Source: a bacterium (GTDB lineage: Bacteria > Bacillota_I > Bacilli_A > RFN20 > CAG-288). From it: DNA of 64,000 bases. Below the pieces are notes generated by a model. The model was not told where the DNA came from. It saw only the letters and a list, made by a program, of their open reading frames with translations, and did no database searches. A program made the position numbers and the translations under genes. Below are positions 1 to 9,688 of the stretch, piece after piece. Location of the stretch: assembly GCA_963612025.1 (NCBI GenBank), contig CAVDUB010000008.1:4602-68601 (forward strand). The letters are read 5' to 3'. Numbering within the stretch: position 1 is the first letter of the stretch; each line of letters begins with the position of its first letter.

Positions 1-1429
1 TTGTTCTTTCTTCGATGGCTGCTTCCTTGACGTCGCCAACGGAATTGCCGTCGACCATGACATCTCCGTTTTTCACGACGATGTTCTTCTTTACAGCCTT
101 GCCGTTTTCATCAAAGGCAAGGGCCATGCCATTATCATAAACGAAGGTGTTGAAATGATTCAGCCCAACACCCAGATCGATGGCAAGATGGGCATTGGCC
201 ATCAAGAGACGATAGTCTCCCTTGACTGGAAGATAATATTTTGGACGGAAGAGAGAAATCATCATCTTCAGATCTTCCTGCTGGGCATGCATGCTGGCGA
301 TTTCTTTTCTCGAAAGCGTGATGACATGGCAATCGGTGCGGAAGATGGTATCGCTGGCTTCCGTTGCCAGAGCCTCGGTTCCGGGAACGCTCGGTGCAGC
401 ATCGATCCATAAGTCGCTCGGTTCGACCTTCAGGGAAGGAATCGTATGATAGCAGATATCCTTGCAGAGGTTGAAGAGGGCGTCTCCGCTTCCAGTGACC
501 AAGACGATGAGATCCTTGTTGGATGTGATCTTGATATCGGCCAAGGAAATCTTCATGTCATTGGGGATGATGAGATTGCCGATCGAGGCCATTCTGTTGA
601 AGAACGGTTCCTGGGCTTTATTGGCGATGCAGATTTTCTTATGGAACTGCTTGGCCAGATTGATGACTTCCTGGATGTTGTAGAAGTTCTGGGAATAGAT
701 GGAAACGAAAATCTTTCCTGTCTGATTCTTGAAAGCATCCTTGATTTTGTCGGTGATCTTGTGATTCGGAGAGGCGATGCCGGGCTTGTTGGCAGCTTCG
801 CTTTCCGTCATGAGGAGGAATGTCTTTTCATTTTCGCTGAGCCTTGCGACCTTGGGAAGATCGAACTGGAATCCCTTCAATGGGAAATAGTCGGAGATGA
901 AGTCGGAGGTATAGACGATGTTTCCGAACTTGGTCTTCAAGGCGAAGCCGAAGGACTGACTGACCGAATGGGTCGTCTGGAAAAGGTCGAAGATATGTCC
1001 TGCGATATTGACTGTCTGGCTTGGCTCGACAGTTCTGAAATCCCAGTTGACCATCTTCTTGAATTTCTTTTCGTACTGGTCCTTGATGATGTTGATGGTC
1101 GTCTCCGTTGCATAGATCGGAGCATGAGTGATGTTCATCAAATAGGGAAGGGCACCATACTGATCATCGTGGCCGTGGGTGATGATGATTCCCTTGATGC
1201 GATTGTTGATGCCTTTGAGATAATCGAAATCGGGAATGATGATATCGACGCCGGGAATGGCTGAATTCGGATATTTCAAACCGGCCTCGATGACAAAGGC
1301 GTCATTGTTCACTTCAATGACATAGCAGTTCTTTCCCATTTCGTTTAGACCGCCAAGAGCGACGACTTTGATGGGATAATTTCCGATTTCTCTCGAAAAA
1401 GGCATGGAATTGGTATTGTTTAGTTGCAT
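1..1429 (-). CDS. rnj: Ribonuclease J, first ~476 codons (3' end lies beyond the window start)
   Basis: Absent from the ORF track because no stop falls in the window. My minus-strand translation from the ATG at 1429-1427 stays open to base 2: MQLNNTNSMPFSREIGNYPIKVVALGGLNEMGKNCYVIEV...GIIITHGHDDQYGALPYL (metallo-beta-lactamase HxHxDH motif)...SIYSQNFYNIQEV. An AAGGAAA SD lies just upstream. The 272-aa plus-strand ORF 446..1264 is its antisense shadow. Confidence 0.85.
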   Translation of the reverse strand, partial: MQLNNTNSMPFSREIGNYPIKVVALGGLNEMGKNCYVIEVNNDAFVIEAGLKYPNSAIPGVDIIIPDFDYLKGINNRIKGIIITHGHDDQYGALPYLMNITHAPIYATETTINIIKDQYEKKFKKMVNWDFRTVEPSQTVNIAGHIFDLFQTTHSVSQSFGFALKTKFGNIVYTSDFISDYFPLKGFQFDLPKVARLSENEKTFLLMTESEAANKPGIASPNHKITDKIKDAFKNQTGKIFVSIYSQNFYNIQEVINLAKQFHKKICIANKAQEPFFNRMASIGNLIIPNDMKISLADIKITSNKDLIVLVTGSGDALFNLCKDICYHTIPSLKVEPSDLWIDAAPSVPGTEALATEASDTIFRTDCHVITLSRKEIASMHAQQEDLKMMISLFRPKYYLPVKGDYRLLMANAHLAIDLGVGLNHFNTFVYDNGMALAFDENGKAVKKNIVVKNGDVMVDGNSVGDVKEAAIEERT

Positions 1430-1532
1430 ATTCTGATTTCCTTACATAAAAAATAAAATAGGTGTTAAATAGGATACATATCGATTAAATAAATCTTATC
1501 ATGAAATGTTTTCTTATTGCAAATGAAAGACG

Positions 1533-2315
1533 TTACAAATCGATGTCGAGTAGGACAGGACAATGATCGGAGCCATAGCATTCATTTAAGATCTGGCTGT
1601 CCCTGACAAGAGGGAAGATGTCCTTGCTGACAAGGAAGTAATCCAGTCTCCATCCGGCATTCTTTTCTCTTGCATGGAAACGATAGGACCAATAGGAATA
1701 CTTCACTTCGTCCGGATAAAGAGCACGGAAGGTATCGACAAATCCCAAAGAAAGAAGATTCGTGAAGCATTCTCTTTCCTCATCCGTGAAGCCTGCCGAT
1801 AGATGATTTGTCTCAGGATGCTTCAAATCGATTTCATTATGTGCGACATTCAAGTCACCTGTCACGACGACGGGCTTCTTCGCCTTCAGTGTGAGAAGAT
1901 ATTCCTGAAGATTTTTTTCGAATTCCATTCGGTAGGGAAGACGTTTCGGCTTGGCATTTTTCTCTGGGTTTTCTCCGGAGTTGGGAACATACATTTCGAC
2001 ATAATAGAATTTTTCGAATTCAAGCGTGATGACTCTTCCTTCATCGTCATATTTCGAATCGAGAAGTCCATAGTGAACATTTAATGGTTCCATCTTTGTC
2101 AGAACGGCGGTCCCGGCATAGCCTTTTTTTGTCTTGCTTACAGTCCAATAGGGCGTATAGCCTTCCATCACAAGAGGAAAATTCTCGTGACTTGTTTCTG
2201 TCAATTTGAGTTCTTCAATCGAAAAGATATCGGGATTGTATTTTTGCCATTGTTCAGTGAGGCCTTTTTGAAGATAAGCGCGGATGGAATTCACATTGAA
2301 TGAAATGAATCTCAT
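1533..2315 (-). CDS. xth: Exodeoxyribonuclease III (AP endonuclease, EEP fold)
   Basis: 260 aa. N-terminal MRFISFNVNS and C-terminal GSDHCPVLLDIDL are typical of the ExoIII/ExoA family. Its start overlaps the aguB stop. Confidence 0.9.
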   Translation of the reverse strand: MRFISFNVNSIRAYLQKGLTEQWQKYNPDIFSIEELKLTETSHENFPLVMEGYTPYWTVSKTKKGYAGTAVLTKMEPLNVHYGLLDSKYDDEGRVITLEFEKFYYVEMYVPNSGENPEKNAKPKRLPYRMEFEKNLQEYLLTLKAKKPVVVTGDLNVAHNEIDLKHPETNHLSAGFTDEERECFTNLLSLGFVDTFRALYPDEVKYSYWSYRFHAREKNAGWRLDYFLVSKDIFPLVRDSQILNECYGSDHCPVLLDIDL

Positions 2316-3184
2316 ATCTGTTCCTCGCTGTCATCATGATGAAGAATCGAGGAATACATCTCCGGTCTTCGATCGCGGAAGATGCCCCAATCTCTTCTTG
2401 TCTTGTCCGTCTTATCCAAATCGAATGTGTGGAGTAGAATCTCTTCCTTGTCGCGGCTGGCGGATTGAACAATGCAGCCCGTCTCATCCGTGATGAAAGA
2501 GGAACCATAGAAGGTCATCTGGGAATTTTTTTCCTTTTCCGTTCCAATTCGATTCGAGGCAACAAGAGGAAGGATATTCAGGGCCGATTGGCCAATCATG
2601 GCATTTCGCCAGTGGGGCATGGAGTCGATCGGGAGTGTTGGTTCGCTTCCGATGGCAGTCGGGAAAAGAAGATACTGTGCGCCTTTCAGGGCGAGGATTC
2701 TTCCGCTTTCCAAAAACCACTGATCCCAACAGATGCCGACACCGATTCTACCGGCTTTGCTGTTGAAGACCTTATATCCGGTATCGCCAGGCGTGAAATA
2801 GAACTTCTCTTCATAGCATTCACCTGTCGGAATATGGGTCTTTCGATAAAGACCGAGTCGTGTTCCATCCTTGTCGATGACGCAGAGGGAATTATAGTAA
2901 CAATTTCCTCTCTTTTCGAAGAACGAGATTGGGAGAACGACTTCCTGTTCTTTGGCTAAGTTGGAAAAATAGTCTAAGGTTTTCGAATTTGAATATTCTT
3001 CAGCAAAAGAAAAGCGGTCATAGTCTTCAATCTGGCAGAAATAATTTCGCTGGAAAAGTTCCTGAAGAAGGATGACATCCGCTCCTTTCTTCTTGGCTTC
3101 CTTTACGATTTTTGTGGCATGGAGGATATTCTCTTCATAGATTGGAGAACAGGCCATCTGTGTGGCACAGAGTGTGACTTTCAT
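2312..3184 (-). CDS. aguB: N-carbamoylputrescine amidase (carbon-nitrogen hydrolase)
   Basis: 290 aa nitrilase-superfamily protein with the catalytic Cys context GVGICWDQWF. It sits directly downstream of agmatine deiminase and overlaps it. Confidence 0.85.
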   Translation of the reverse strand: MKVTLCATQMACSPIYEENILHATKIVKEAKKKGADVILLQELFQRNYFCQIEDYDRFSFAEEYSNSKTLDYFSNLAKEQEVVLPISFFEKRGNCYYNSLCVIDKDGTRLGLYRKTHIPTGECYEEKFYFTPGDTGYKVFNSKAGRIGVGICWDQWFLESGRILALKGAQYLLFPTAIGSEPTLPIDSMPHWRNAMIGQSALNILPLVASNRIGTEKEKNSQMTFYGSSFITDETGCIVQSASRDKEEILLHTFDLDKTDKTRRDWGIFRDRRPEMYSSILHHDDSEEQI

Positions 3185-4329
3185 TCTTTTGTTTCCTCTT
3201 TTGGCTCAATATCATAACCGGGTTCCATATAGGGAATCTGTTTGGTGATGCAATGGAGATTTCCTCCGCCGAGGAGGATTTCTCTTGAATAAATAGGGAT
3301 GATGGCCTTTTCATTCTGATAGAAATCCGAAAGAATCTTTTTGGCAACTTCATCTTTCTCATCATGGAATTGGGGCAGAATCAAGAAATCCTTTCCCATA
3401 TAGAAATTGACATAGCTTGCAGCCAGACGGCGGTTTTCCTCTCTTTTGATTGCACTTGTGTCTTCCTTGATGCCACTTGCCTCTTCTTTTGTGAGATATT
3501 GCGGCTTTGGAAGAGGAAGCGAGATGATTTCGATTCTGTTTCCTTCAGCATCCGTTTCGCTCAGAAGATATTCGCGGTCCTTCTTTGATCTTTCATATTG
3601 TGGGTCGTTTGGATCATCGCATTCCGCAAGAGCGACAACACCGGGCTTCAAAAAGCAGCAGATATTGTCGACATGTCCGTTTGTTTCATCCTCATAGATT
3701 CCATAGGGAAGCCAGAGGACTTTCTTGACATTGAGATCCTTCTTGAGGCGTTCTTCGATTTCTTCTTTTGTCATGGAAGGATTTCTTCCTGGCGAAAGAA
3801 GACATTCCTCGGTGACAAGAAGCGTGCCTTTTCCATCGGTATGGATGCTTCCACCTTCGAGGATGAAATTCTTGTCGGCATAGCGATGAATCATCAATTC
3901 GAGAAGGGTGTTCTTTCCGACTTCATTGTCGTTCTGATAGTCAGCGTAGAGTCCATCATAGCTTCCTCCCCAACTGTTGAATCCGAAATCGATGCCGACC
4001 AGCCTTTTTTCTTCTTCGTTTGCAAGAAAGACAGGAAGAGAATCTCTTGCCCAGGCATCATCGTATTTCAGGCGGAGAATATGGGTGTTCTTCATTTGGA
4101 ATCGAGAGACAATCTTCTCGTCGATTCTCGGGTCGATGACGACGACGACCATCTCATAGAGTGAGATAGCTTTCACGACTTCCAAATAATTTTCAACGGC
4201 AGGCTTTGCCTCTTCTCTCCAAGTGTCTTCCCGATAGGGAACCATGATGATGGTGGCTAAATGCTTTTCTCCCTCAAAAGGAAAGACATAGGAGGATAGG
4301 TCTGTTAAATCTTTTAAAATTGAGTTCAT
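3181..4329 (-). CDS. aguA: Agmatine deiminase
   Basis: 382 aa. Carries the PAD_porph/agmatine deiminase family C-terminal catalytic motif GGGNLHCITKQ and is paired with aguB. Confidence 0.9.
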   Translation of the reverse strand: MNSILKDLTDLSSYVFPFEGEKHLATIIMVPYREDTWREEAKPAVENYLEVVKAISLYEMVVVVIDPRIDEKIVSRFQMKNTHILRLKYDDAWARDSLPVFLANEEEKRLVGIDFGFNSWGGSYDGLYADYQNDNEVGKNTLLELMIHRYADKNFILEGGSIHTDGKGTLLVTEECLLSPGRNPSMTKEEIEERLKKDLNVKKVLWLPYGIYEDETNGHVDNICCFLKPGVVALAECDDPNDPQYERSKKDREYLLSETDAEGNRIEIISLPLPKPQYLTKEEASGIKEDTSAIKREENRRLAASYVNFYMGKDFLILPQFHDEKDEVAKKILSDFYQNEKAIIPIYSREILLGGGNLHCITKQIPYMEPGYDIEPKEETKE

Positions 4330-4414
4330 GATTTGACTTTGTTTTTTCCGTCCATATTATATAAAATATGAGAGAAGAAAAGAAAGAAACTTTCTTCATC
4401 AGAGGTAATGGATT

Positions 4415-4948
4415 ATGAAATTATTGATGGTTGTGACCGACGGGTTTGAAGATATCGAGGCTGTGGGAACCTTTGCGATTCTGAAAAGAGCGCAGATGGA
4501 TCTCACTTTCGCCTGCATTGACAATACAAAGGCGATCGGCAGATATGGTCTATGTGTGACGGATTTGATCAATCTGAAGGATGTCAATATCGATGATTAT
4601 GACATGCTGATCATCCCAGGTGGACCGGAATATGTCGCCGAGGAGAAGAATCCGGAGTTCCTCAAGATGGTCATGAATTTTGCGACGCATGATAAATATA
4701 TCGCTGCCATCTGTGCAGGACCGACGATTTTAGGTCATCTCGGCTTGCTCAAGGGGAAGAAATACACCTGCTTTACGAGCATGAATGAAGATTTCGGCGG
4801 AGAATATGTCGATCAGTATTCTGTTGTGGATGGAAAATTCATCACGGGAAGAAGCGCTGCGGCGACAATCGACTTTGCCTTCGACATCGTCGAAACACTC
4901 TGCGGAAAAGACTATGCGGATAAGGTCAAGGAGTCCATTTATTATTGA
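4415..4948 (+). CDS. DJ-1/PfpI family protein
   Basis: 177 aa. Has the nucleophile elbow AAICAGP and IIPGG, both typical of the DJ-1/ThiJ/PfpI fold. A GAGG SD lies upstream. Confidence 0.85.
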   Translation: MKLLMVVTDGFEDIEAVGTFAILKRAQMDLTFACIDNTKAIGRYGLCVTDLINLKDVNIDDYDMLIIPGGPEYVAEEKNPEFLKMVMNFATHDKYIAAICAGPTILGHLGLLKGKKYTCFTSMNEDFGGEYVDQYSVVDGKFITGRSAAATIDFAFDIVETLCGKDYADKVKESIYY

Positions 4949-5688
4949 TGGGTGTCATTGATCTGATTATCCTCATCTGTCTCTGCTTGGCAGTTCTTTG
5001 GGGATTTCTCACCGGATTTTCGAAAAAAAGACTCTCTTCTTTTGCGTCGCAGATGGGAATTCTTGTGGCTTATTGGCTTGGAAATCCCTTGCTCAATCTT
5101 TTGAGTCGGACGAATCTTTGTTCTTTGATTCAGTCTTGGTATTCCTCAGCATTGCCGACGACGGATGCTTTTCAGGATACGATTGCCGCTTCGGATGTCG
5201 CATTGCGGAATAGTCAGATGTCGACGGCTTTGAGCGAACTTCATTTCCCTAAATTCATCCATTCCTTTTTCACCACAAAGGCGAGTGATTTTTCTTCGAA
5301 TGTCTCCTCTGCTTTGGCAAGCAGTTTTGCCAATTGGACGATGTTGGCTGTTGTTTATCTTTTTCTCTTCTTTCTCACGTATATTCTTGTCCGTGCACTC
5401 TTCAGTCCTTTCTGGAAGGAAGGTTCTCTCTTTGGGGAAAAGGGCAGATCTTTCTTTGGAAGACTTCTTGGTTCTGCAAGAATGCTCTTCAAGGCTTCGT
5501 TTTCGATTTTCTTTGTCTTGGCCATTGTCTCTCTCGTCGCTTCCTTGACCTATAAAGCAGGCAATACATATCTTCTTGATTGGCTTAACACGGATCTGAA
5601 GATGGATGATCCAAGTGCATTCTCCATCGGGAAGATGTTCTATAATACGGCGTCTTCATTCTTTGAATGGATTTCCATGAATCCATAG
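4948..5688 (+). CDS. cvpA: CvpA family membrane protein
   Basis: Multi-TM protein with a CvpA-like N-terminus (MGVIDLIILICLCLAVLWGFLTGF). I use the ATG at 4948; the track starts one codon earlier at a TTG. The start shares 1 nt with the upstream TGA. Confidence 0.7.
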   Translation: MGVIDLIILICLCLAVLWGFLTGFSKKRLSSFASQMGILVAYWLGNPLLNLLSRTNLCSLIQSWYSSALPTTDAFQDTIAASDVALRNSQMSTALSELHFPKFIHSFFTTKASDFSSNVSSALASSFANWTMLAVVYLFLFFLTYILVRALFSPFWKEGSLFGEKGRSFFGRLLGSARMLFKASFSIFFVLAIVSLVASLTYKAGNTYLLDWLNTDLKMDDPSAFSIGKMFYNTASSFFEWISMNP

Positions 5689-5703
5689 AAAAGGTTTTTC
5701 GTC

Positions 5704-7095
5704 ATGCAATATAAATATCATCATCCTGACAAATGGGTCAGTGCCAACATCGATCTTATCGAGGAAACACTCGAGAAAAAGAAAAAGGCCGTCGTCTTCA
5801 TCGCCGGCGCCTCTTCGAGTGGAAAATCCTATTGTGCAAGACTTCTTGAGGATGTCTTAGAAAGAAATGGACATCATTCGTGCATTCTTTCCTTGGACAA
5901 TTACAATGTCGGGCTCAGTCATCTTATTCCCTTGAAGGTCAATCAGAATTATTATGATGGGAAAATAGCCCATCTTGAGGAGATTTCTTCTGCGATTAAG
6001 CCCATCTTGATGGAGATTCCTTTCGATGAGAAATATTCGGAAAGATCTCTGCAGAAAATCAAGGGTGTTCTTTCTTCCTATTTTCAGAGCGAAGAGGAAC
6101 TGGATGAGTTCCTTTCCGACTTGAACAAGGAATGGAAGGTGCTGAATTTCGATGAGCCAATTGTCTATGATATGCCCTCTGCGGCACAGGATGTCAAAGA
6201 TCTTCTTCTCGACAAAATGGTCGAAAAGAAGGTGTATTCCAAAATCTATTCCGAGCGGATTCCAAGTCATACCTATCTGAATGGAAAAGACTATGACTGC
6301 ATTATCATTGAGGGAATCTATGCTTTGAATAACAATCTGATTCGTCTCTTCCCAAGAGAGGAAATCATCACCAATTTCGTGGATGGAAATCCGAAATCCC
6401 TCTTCCTTAGAAGAATCATCCGGGATAGCCAGGCTGAGAACACCTCCGCAAGTTCGGCATTCACGACGAAACTCTATTTTAAGTACATCATCCCAAGCTA
6501 TGTCTCGACGATTCTTCCTTCCAAGGAGAATGCGGATGTCGTCTATATCAATGACATGACTTTCCTTGAAAAGAAGAATGGAACCCTCTATGCCACGAAG
6601 ATGGAAACACATACCAATTCGAAGAAAGCCGTTGAAGAGATTCTTAAGCAGTCCTTTATTAAAAAGATGACCTATGAGAAGGATGCCTATTTTTCCACCC
6701 CGAATGAAGTTTCGCCCTCGGAGAATGTTCTTCGCTTAAGATCCTATTCGGATGATAAAGGAATGACATATGTTCCTTCAAGTCTTGTCCACAAAGGAAT
6801 TCCGAAGATTCGAAAGGATGGGAAGATCATTCGACCGATCAATATTTTGATCAAGGAAGGGGATTTCTTCCATGTATGGAAGGATGAGGCCGATTGTATG
6901 CAGGATTTCGCTACCGCTGGATTTCTGATTGGACCGATTCTGCATAAGATCAAGTGGAAAATCGAATACAAAAGACAGAAACTGACCATTCGCTATGTGG
7001 AAGGAAAGGGATATTTCATCGAATTCGACAAGCCGGAAGAAAAACTGGCCATGCAATATGTCAATGAAATGCTAGAGAAATATCCTCAGTTCTAG
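5704..7095 (+). CDS. Uridine-kinase/PRK-like P-loop kinase domain fused to a C-terminal CYTH-like (triphosphate tunnel) domain
   Basis: 463 aa. The N-terminal part has the Walker A FIAGASSSGKSY and IIIEGIYALNN of the PRK/Udk family. The C-terminal ~170 aa carries CYTH/CyaB-like strands (VLRLRSYSDD..., ...IRYVEGKGYFIEFD). The CYTH assignment is by eye only. Confidence 0.6.
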   Translation: MQYKYHHPDKWVSANIDLIEETLEKKKKAVVFIAGASSSGKSYCARLLEDVLERNGHHSCILSLDNYNVGLSHLIPLKVNQNYYDGKIAHLEEISSAIKPILMEIPFDEKYSERSLQKIKGVLSSYFQSEEELDEFLSDLNKEWKVLNFDEPIVYDMPSAAQDVKDLLLDKMVEKKVYSKIYSERIPSHTYLNGKDYDCIIIEGIYALNNNLIRLFPREEIITNFVDGNPKSLFLRRIIRDSQAENTSASSAFTTKLYFKYIIPSYVSTILPSKENADVVYINDMTFLEKKNGTLYATKMETHTNSKKAVEEILKQSFIKKMTYEKDAYFSTPNEVSPSENVLRLRSYSDDKGMTYVPSSLVHKGIPKIRKDGKIIRPINILIKEGDFFHVWKDEADCMQDFATAGFLIGPILHKIKWKIEYKRQKLTIRYVEGKGYFIEFDKPEEKLAMQYVNEMLEKYPQF

Positions 7096-7305
7096 GTTCA
7101 TTGTCTTTCTTATATTTTCAGTTGAAATTTGTTTGTTTCCAATACTTTATTGTTGATTTATTTCTATACTCTCATATGCTTTCTCTATCCCTATATAAAA
7201 TCATTGAGAAATAAGGTATAATAATCAATCGAGGTAATTTTAGTTATTGTGATAAGTGATCATTGTATACTGACGGAAGTGACTGATACGTTTACTGTAT
7301 GGGGA

Positions 7306-8385
7306 ATGCCGATGTGGATGGCATTTCTTGTCATTGCCGTTTTGCTTCTTTTGACAGGATGCTTTTCTGCATGTGAGAATGCCTATTCGACGTGCAATAA
7401 ATATCATTTCAGGGCCGAGGCGGAAAAAGGAAAAAAATATGCCAAAATCATCACGAGCCTTGTCGATCGATTCGACAATTCCTTGGTTGTCATTTTGGTG
7501 ACGTCGAATACGCTTTCGACATTGATGTCCTTCATTTCAGCCATGCTTTGGCTGAATATCGCCACAATCAACAACTGGGCTGATGGCATGGAAGCGATCT
7601 TCTCCACGGTTGTCATGGGTTTCCTTTTCTATGTTGTGGCAGATACCTTGCCCAAGGTCATTTCCAGAGCGATACCGGATAAAATCGCCATCTTGATGGC
7701 CTATCCTTTATATACTCTTCAGATTCTTCTTTTTCCGATTGTCTTTGTCTTCAAAAGGCTTCTTTCTTTGATTCATAAGATGCTTCATCTTGAGGATGAG
7801 AACCTTCTCAGCAAGGAGGACCTTCTCTATGAGGCGGATAAGGCTGTCAATGAGGAAGATAATATCATCGAAGATGAGAACAGCCATGATGAAGACATGG
7901 AAATGCTCTTCGAGAAGGATGAAAAAGAGATTCTCAAGCATGTTCTAACGTTCGATGACATGAAGGTCAGTCAGGTTTATGTTCCCCTGGAGAAGACGTT
8001 CTATTTGAGCGTGGATGATCTGACGACTGACAAGGTGAACGAAACAATCCAAGAGACGTCCTATAGCCGAATTCCTGTCTATGATACGGAGAAGAAGGAA
8101 TTCGTCGGAGTCCTTGTCATCCGTGTCTATTTTGAAGAATATATCAAAGATCCTCATTTGAGCATTCCTTCGATTCTCGAACAGATTGTCGAGATTCCTT
8201 TTGATATGCGACTCGATGATGCACTTGATGAGCTCAACAGCGAGAAAGTGCATCTTGGCATCGTCATGAAGGAGAATCAGGCCATCGGCATTTTGACGAT
8301 GGAGGATATCCTTGAGGAAGTTGTCAATGATATTTCAGAGAATCCGAGCATGAATCCGAAAGACGAGGTGAAGCAACATGAATAA
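7306..8385 (+). CDS. CNNM/DUF21 transmembrane domain + CBS-pair protein (HlyC/CorC-family transporter, short form)
   Basis: The track ORF starts at GTG 7249. I prefer ATG 7306 (MPMWMAFLVIAVLL...), which begins at the first TM helix. DUF21 helices are followed by a CBS pair (...IPVYDTEKKEFVGVLVI..., ...HLGIVMKENQAIGILTMEDILEE). No CorC_HlyC C-terminal domain is visible. Confidence 0.75.
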   Translation: MPMWMAFLVIAVLLLLTGCFSACENAYSTCNKYHFRAEAEKGKKYAKIITSLVDRFDNSLVVILVTSNTLSTLMSFISAMLWLNIATINNWADGMEAIFSTVVMGFLFYVVADTLPKVISRAIPDKIAILMAYPLYTLQILLFPIVFVFKRLLSLIHKMLHLEDENLLSKEDLLYEADKAVNEEDNIIEDENSHDEDMEMLFEKDEKEILKHVLTFDDMKVSQVYVPLEKTFYLSVDDLTTDKVNETIQETSYSRIPVYDTEKKEFVGVLVIRVYFEEYIKDPHLSIPSILEQIVEIPFDMRLDDALDELNSEKVHLGIVMKENQAIGILTMEDILEEVVNDISENPSMNPKDEVKQHE

Positions 8386-9688
8386 TATTGTAAAAATCGT
8401 TGCATATTCCATCGCTTTATTCTGCTTCCTCTGTCTTTCTTTCTTCTTCTCGAGTGCCGATATGGCCTATGGAAGTGTTTCGATTCATCGATTGGATGAA
8501 CTCGAGAAGACTTCTCCAGATAAGAAGAAGGTTGTTCGAGCCAAGAAACTGGCGACGAACTATGATACGAGCATCGCGACGATTCTTTTTGGAAATGATA
8601 TCGTCAATGCCGGCTTGGATTCGGTTTCGACCCTCTTAGGTGTCAATCTCTGTTTCCTTATCCTGGGAGAGAATTCGACCTACAGTGAAACATGGGGCTT
8701 CGTGGCTTCCTTGATCTTCTTGGTGCTGAAGATCTGCTTTGGTGAAATCGTGCCGAAGTCGATCTCGAAAATCAACAACCTGAAATTGTCCAAGGCCTAT
8801 GCCAATGTCATTACATTCCTGATTTATCTCTTCTTCCCCATTACCTACCCGGTCTCCTTGTTTGGCAAGGGCGTCTCGAAGATCTTTGCCAACAATGTCT
8901 CGGATGAACCTGTTGCGGAAGAAGAACTTCATGAGATGGTCGATGATATTCAGCAACATGGCCAGGTCGATGAAGAAAAAGCCGATATGCTTCATGAAAC
9001 CATCAAATATACAAGAACCCAGGCCAATGAAATCATGACGCCGAGAGTCGATGTCTTTGCGATTGATATCGAGGATGATATGGAAGACATCATCCATGAA
9101 TCGGAACTCTATCGCCATGGAAGAGTCCTCGTCTATGAGTCGACAATCGACAATGTCATCGGCTATATCCAGACGAAGACTTTGATGAAGGAATACCTCT
9201 CTCATAAGGAATTTTCTATCCGCGACATTCTTCTTGAGCCGATGCGCTTTCCGGATACAGCGGAAATCAATGATATTCTCCGTGAATTCAAGAAGACAAA
9301 GAAACAGCTTGCACTCGTCATCGATGAATATGGCGGCTTGGATGGCATCATCACCATGGAAGATATTCTTGAAGAGATCGTCGGAGAAATCTGGGATGAG
9401 AATGATAGAACCCAGGAACCGATTGTCGAAAGAAAAGATGGGACATACATCATCGATGGCAATGTCACTTTGGAAGATTTCTGTGATCTGTTTGATATTC
9501 CGTTTGATGAAATCAATACCGACTATGTGACGATCGGCGGATTCATCATCGAATTATTGGATGATCATTTTGCCAAGATCGGCAATGAAGTCGATTTCGA
9601 GAATACGCATATCAAAGTCATCGCCGTCGATGAAAATGGCGCCGTGAATCGTATTTTGGTCAGAAAAATAGAAAAAGAAGAGGATTAG
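8378..9688 (+). CDS. HlyC/CorC family transporter (DUF21 + CBS pair + CorC_HlyC C-terminal domain)
   Basis: 436 aa. Contains the CBS pair (...LALVIDEYGGLDGIITMEDILEEIVGEI) and a C-terminal CorC-type domain (DGTYIIDGNVTLEDF...). Its start overlaps the stop of the upstream paralog. Confidence 0.85.
   Translation: MNNIVKIVAYSIALFCFLCLSFFFSSADMAYGSVSIHRLDELEKTSPDKKKVVRAKKLATNYDTSIATILFGNDIVNAGLDSVSTLLGVNLCFLILGENSTYSETWGFVASLIFLVLKICFGEIVPKSISKINNLKLSKAYANVITFLIYLFFPITYPVSLFGKGVSKIFANNVSDEPVAEEELHEMVDDIQQHGQVDEEKADMLHETIKYTRTQANEIMTPRVDVFAIDIEDDMEDIIHESELYRHGRVLVYESTIDNVIGYIQTKTLMKEYLSHKEFSIRDILLEPMRFPDTAEINDILREFKKTKKQLALVIDEYGGLDGIITMEDILEEIVGEIWDENDRTQEPIVERKDGTYIIDGNVTLEDFCDLFDIPFDEINTDYVTIGGFIIELLDDHFAKIGNEVDFENTHIKVIAVDENGAVNRILVRKIEKEED

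Noticed and set aside
446-1264. A 272-aa plus-strand ORF, the longest ORF the track reports in the first 1.4 kb.
   Set aside because: It is the antisense shadow of RNase J. Its translation is D/E/G/I-rich with no recognisable motifs, while the minus strand encodes a clean RNase J with the HxHxDH motif.
5857-6612. Long antisense ORFs inside well-supported genes. Examples are 5857..6612, 8636..9205, 13850..14431, 45557..46063, 51685..52443, 56610..57578 and 59832..60500.
   Set aside because: Each lies opposite a gene with strong family motifs. Their sequences are low-complexity (D/E/I/F/L-rich) and lack SDs. This is typical stop-codon-poor antisense frames in a genome rich in GAA/GAT/AAG codons.
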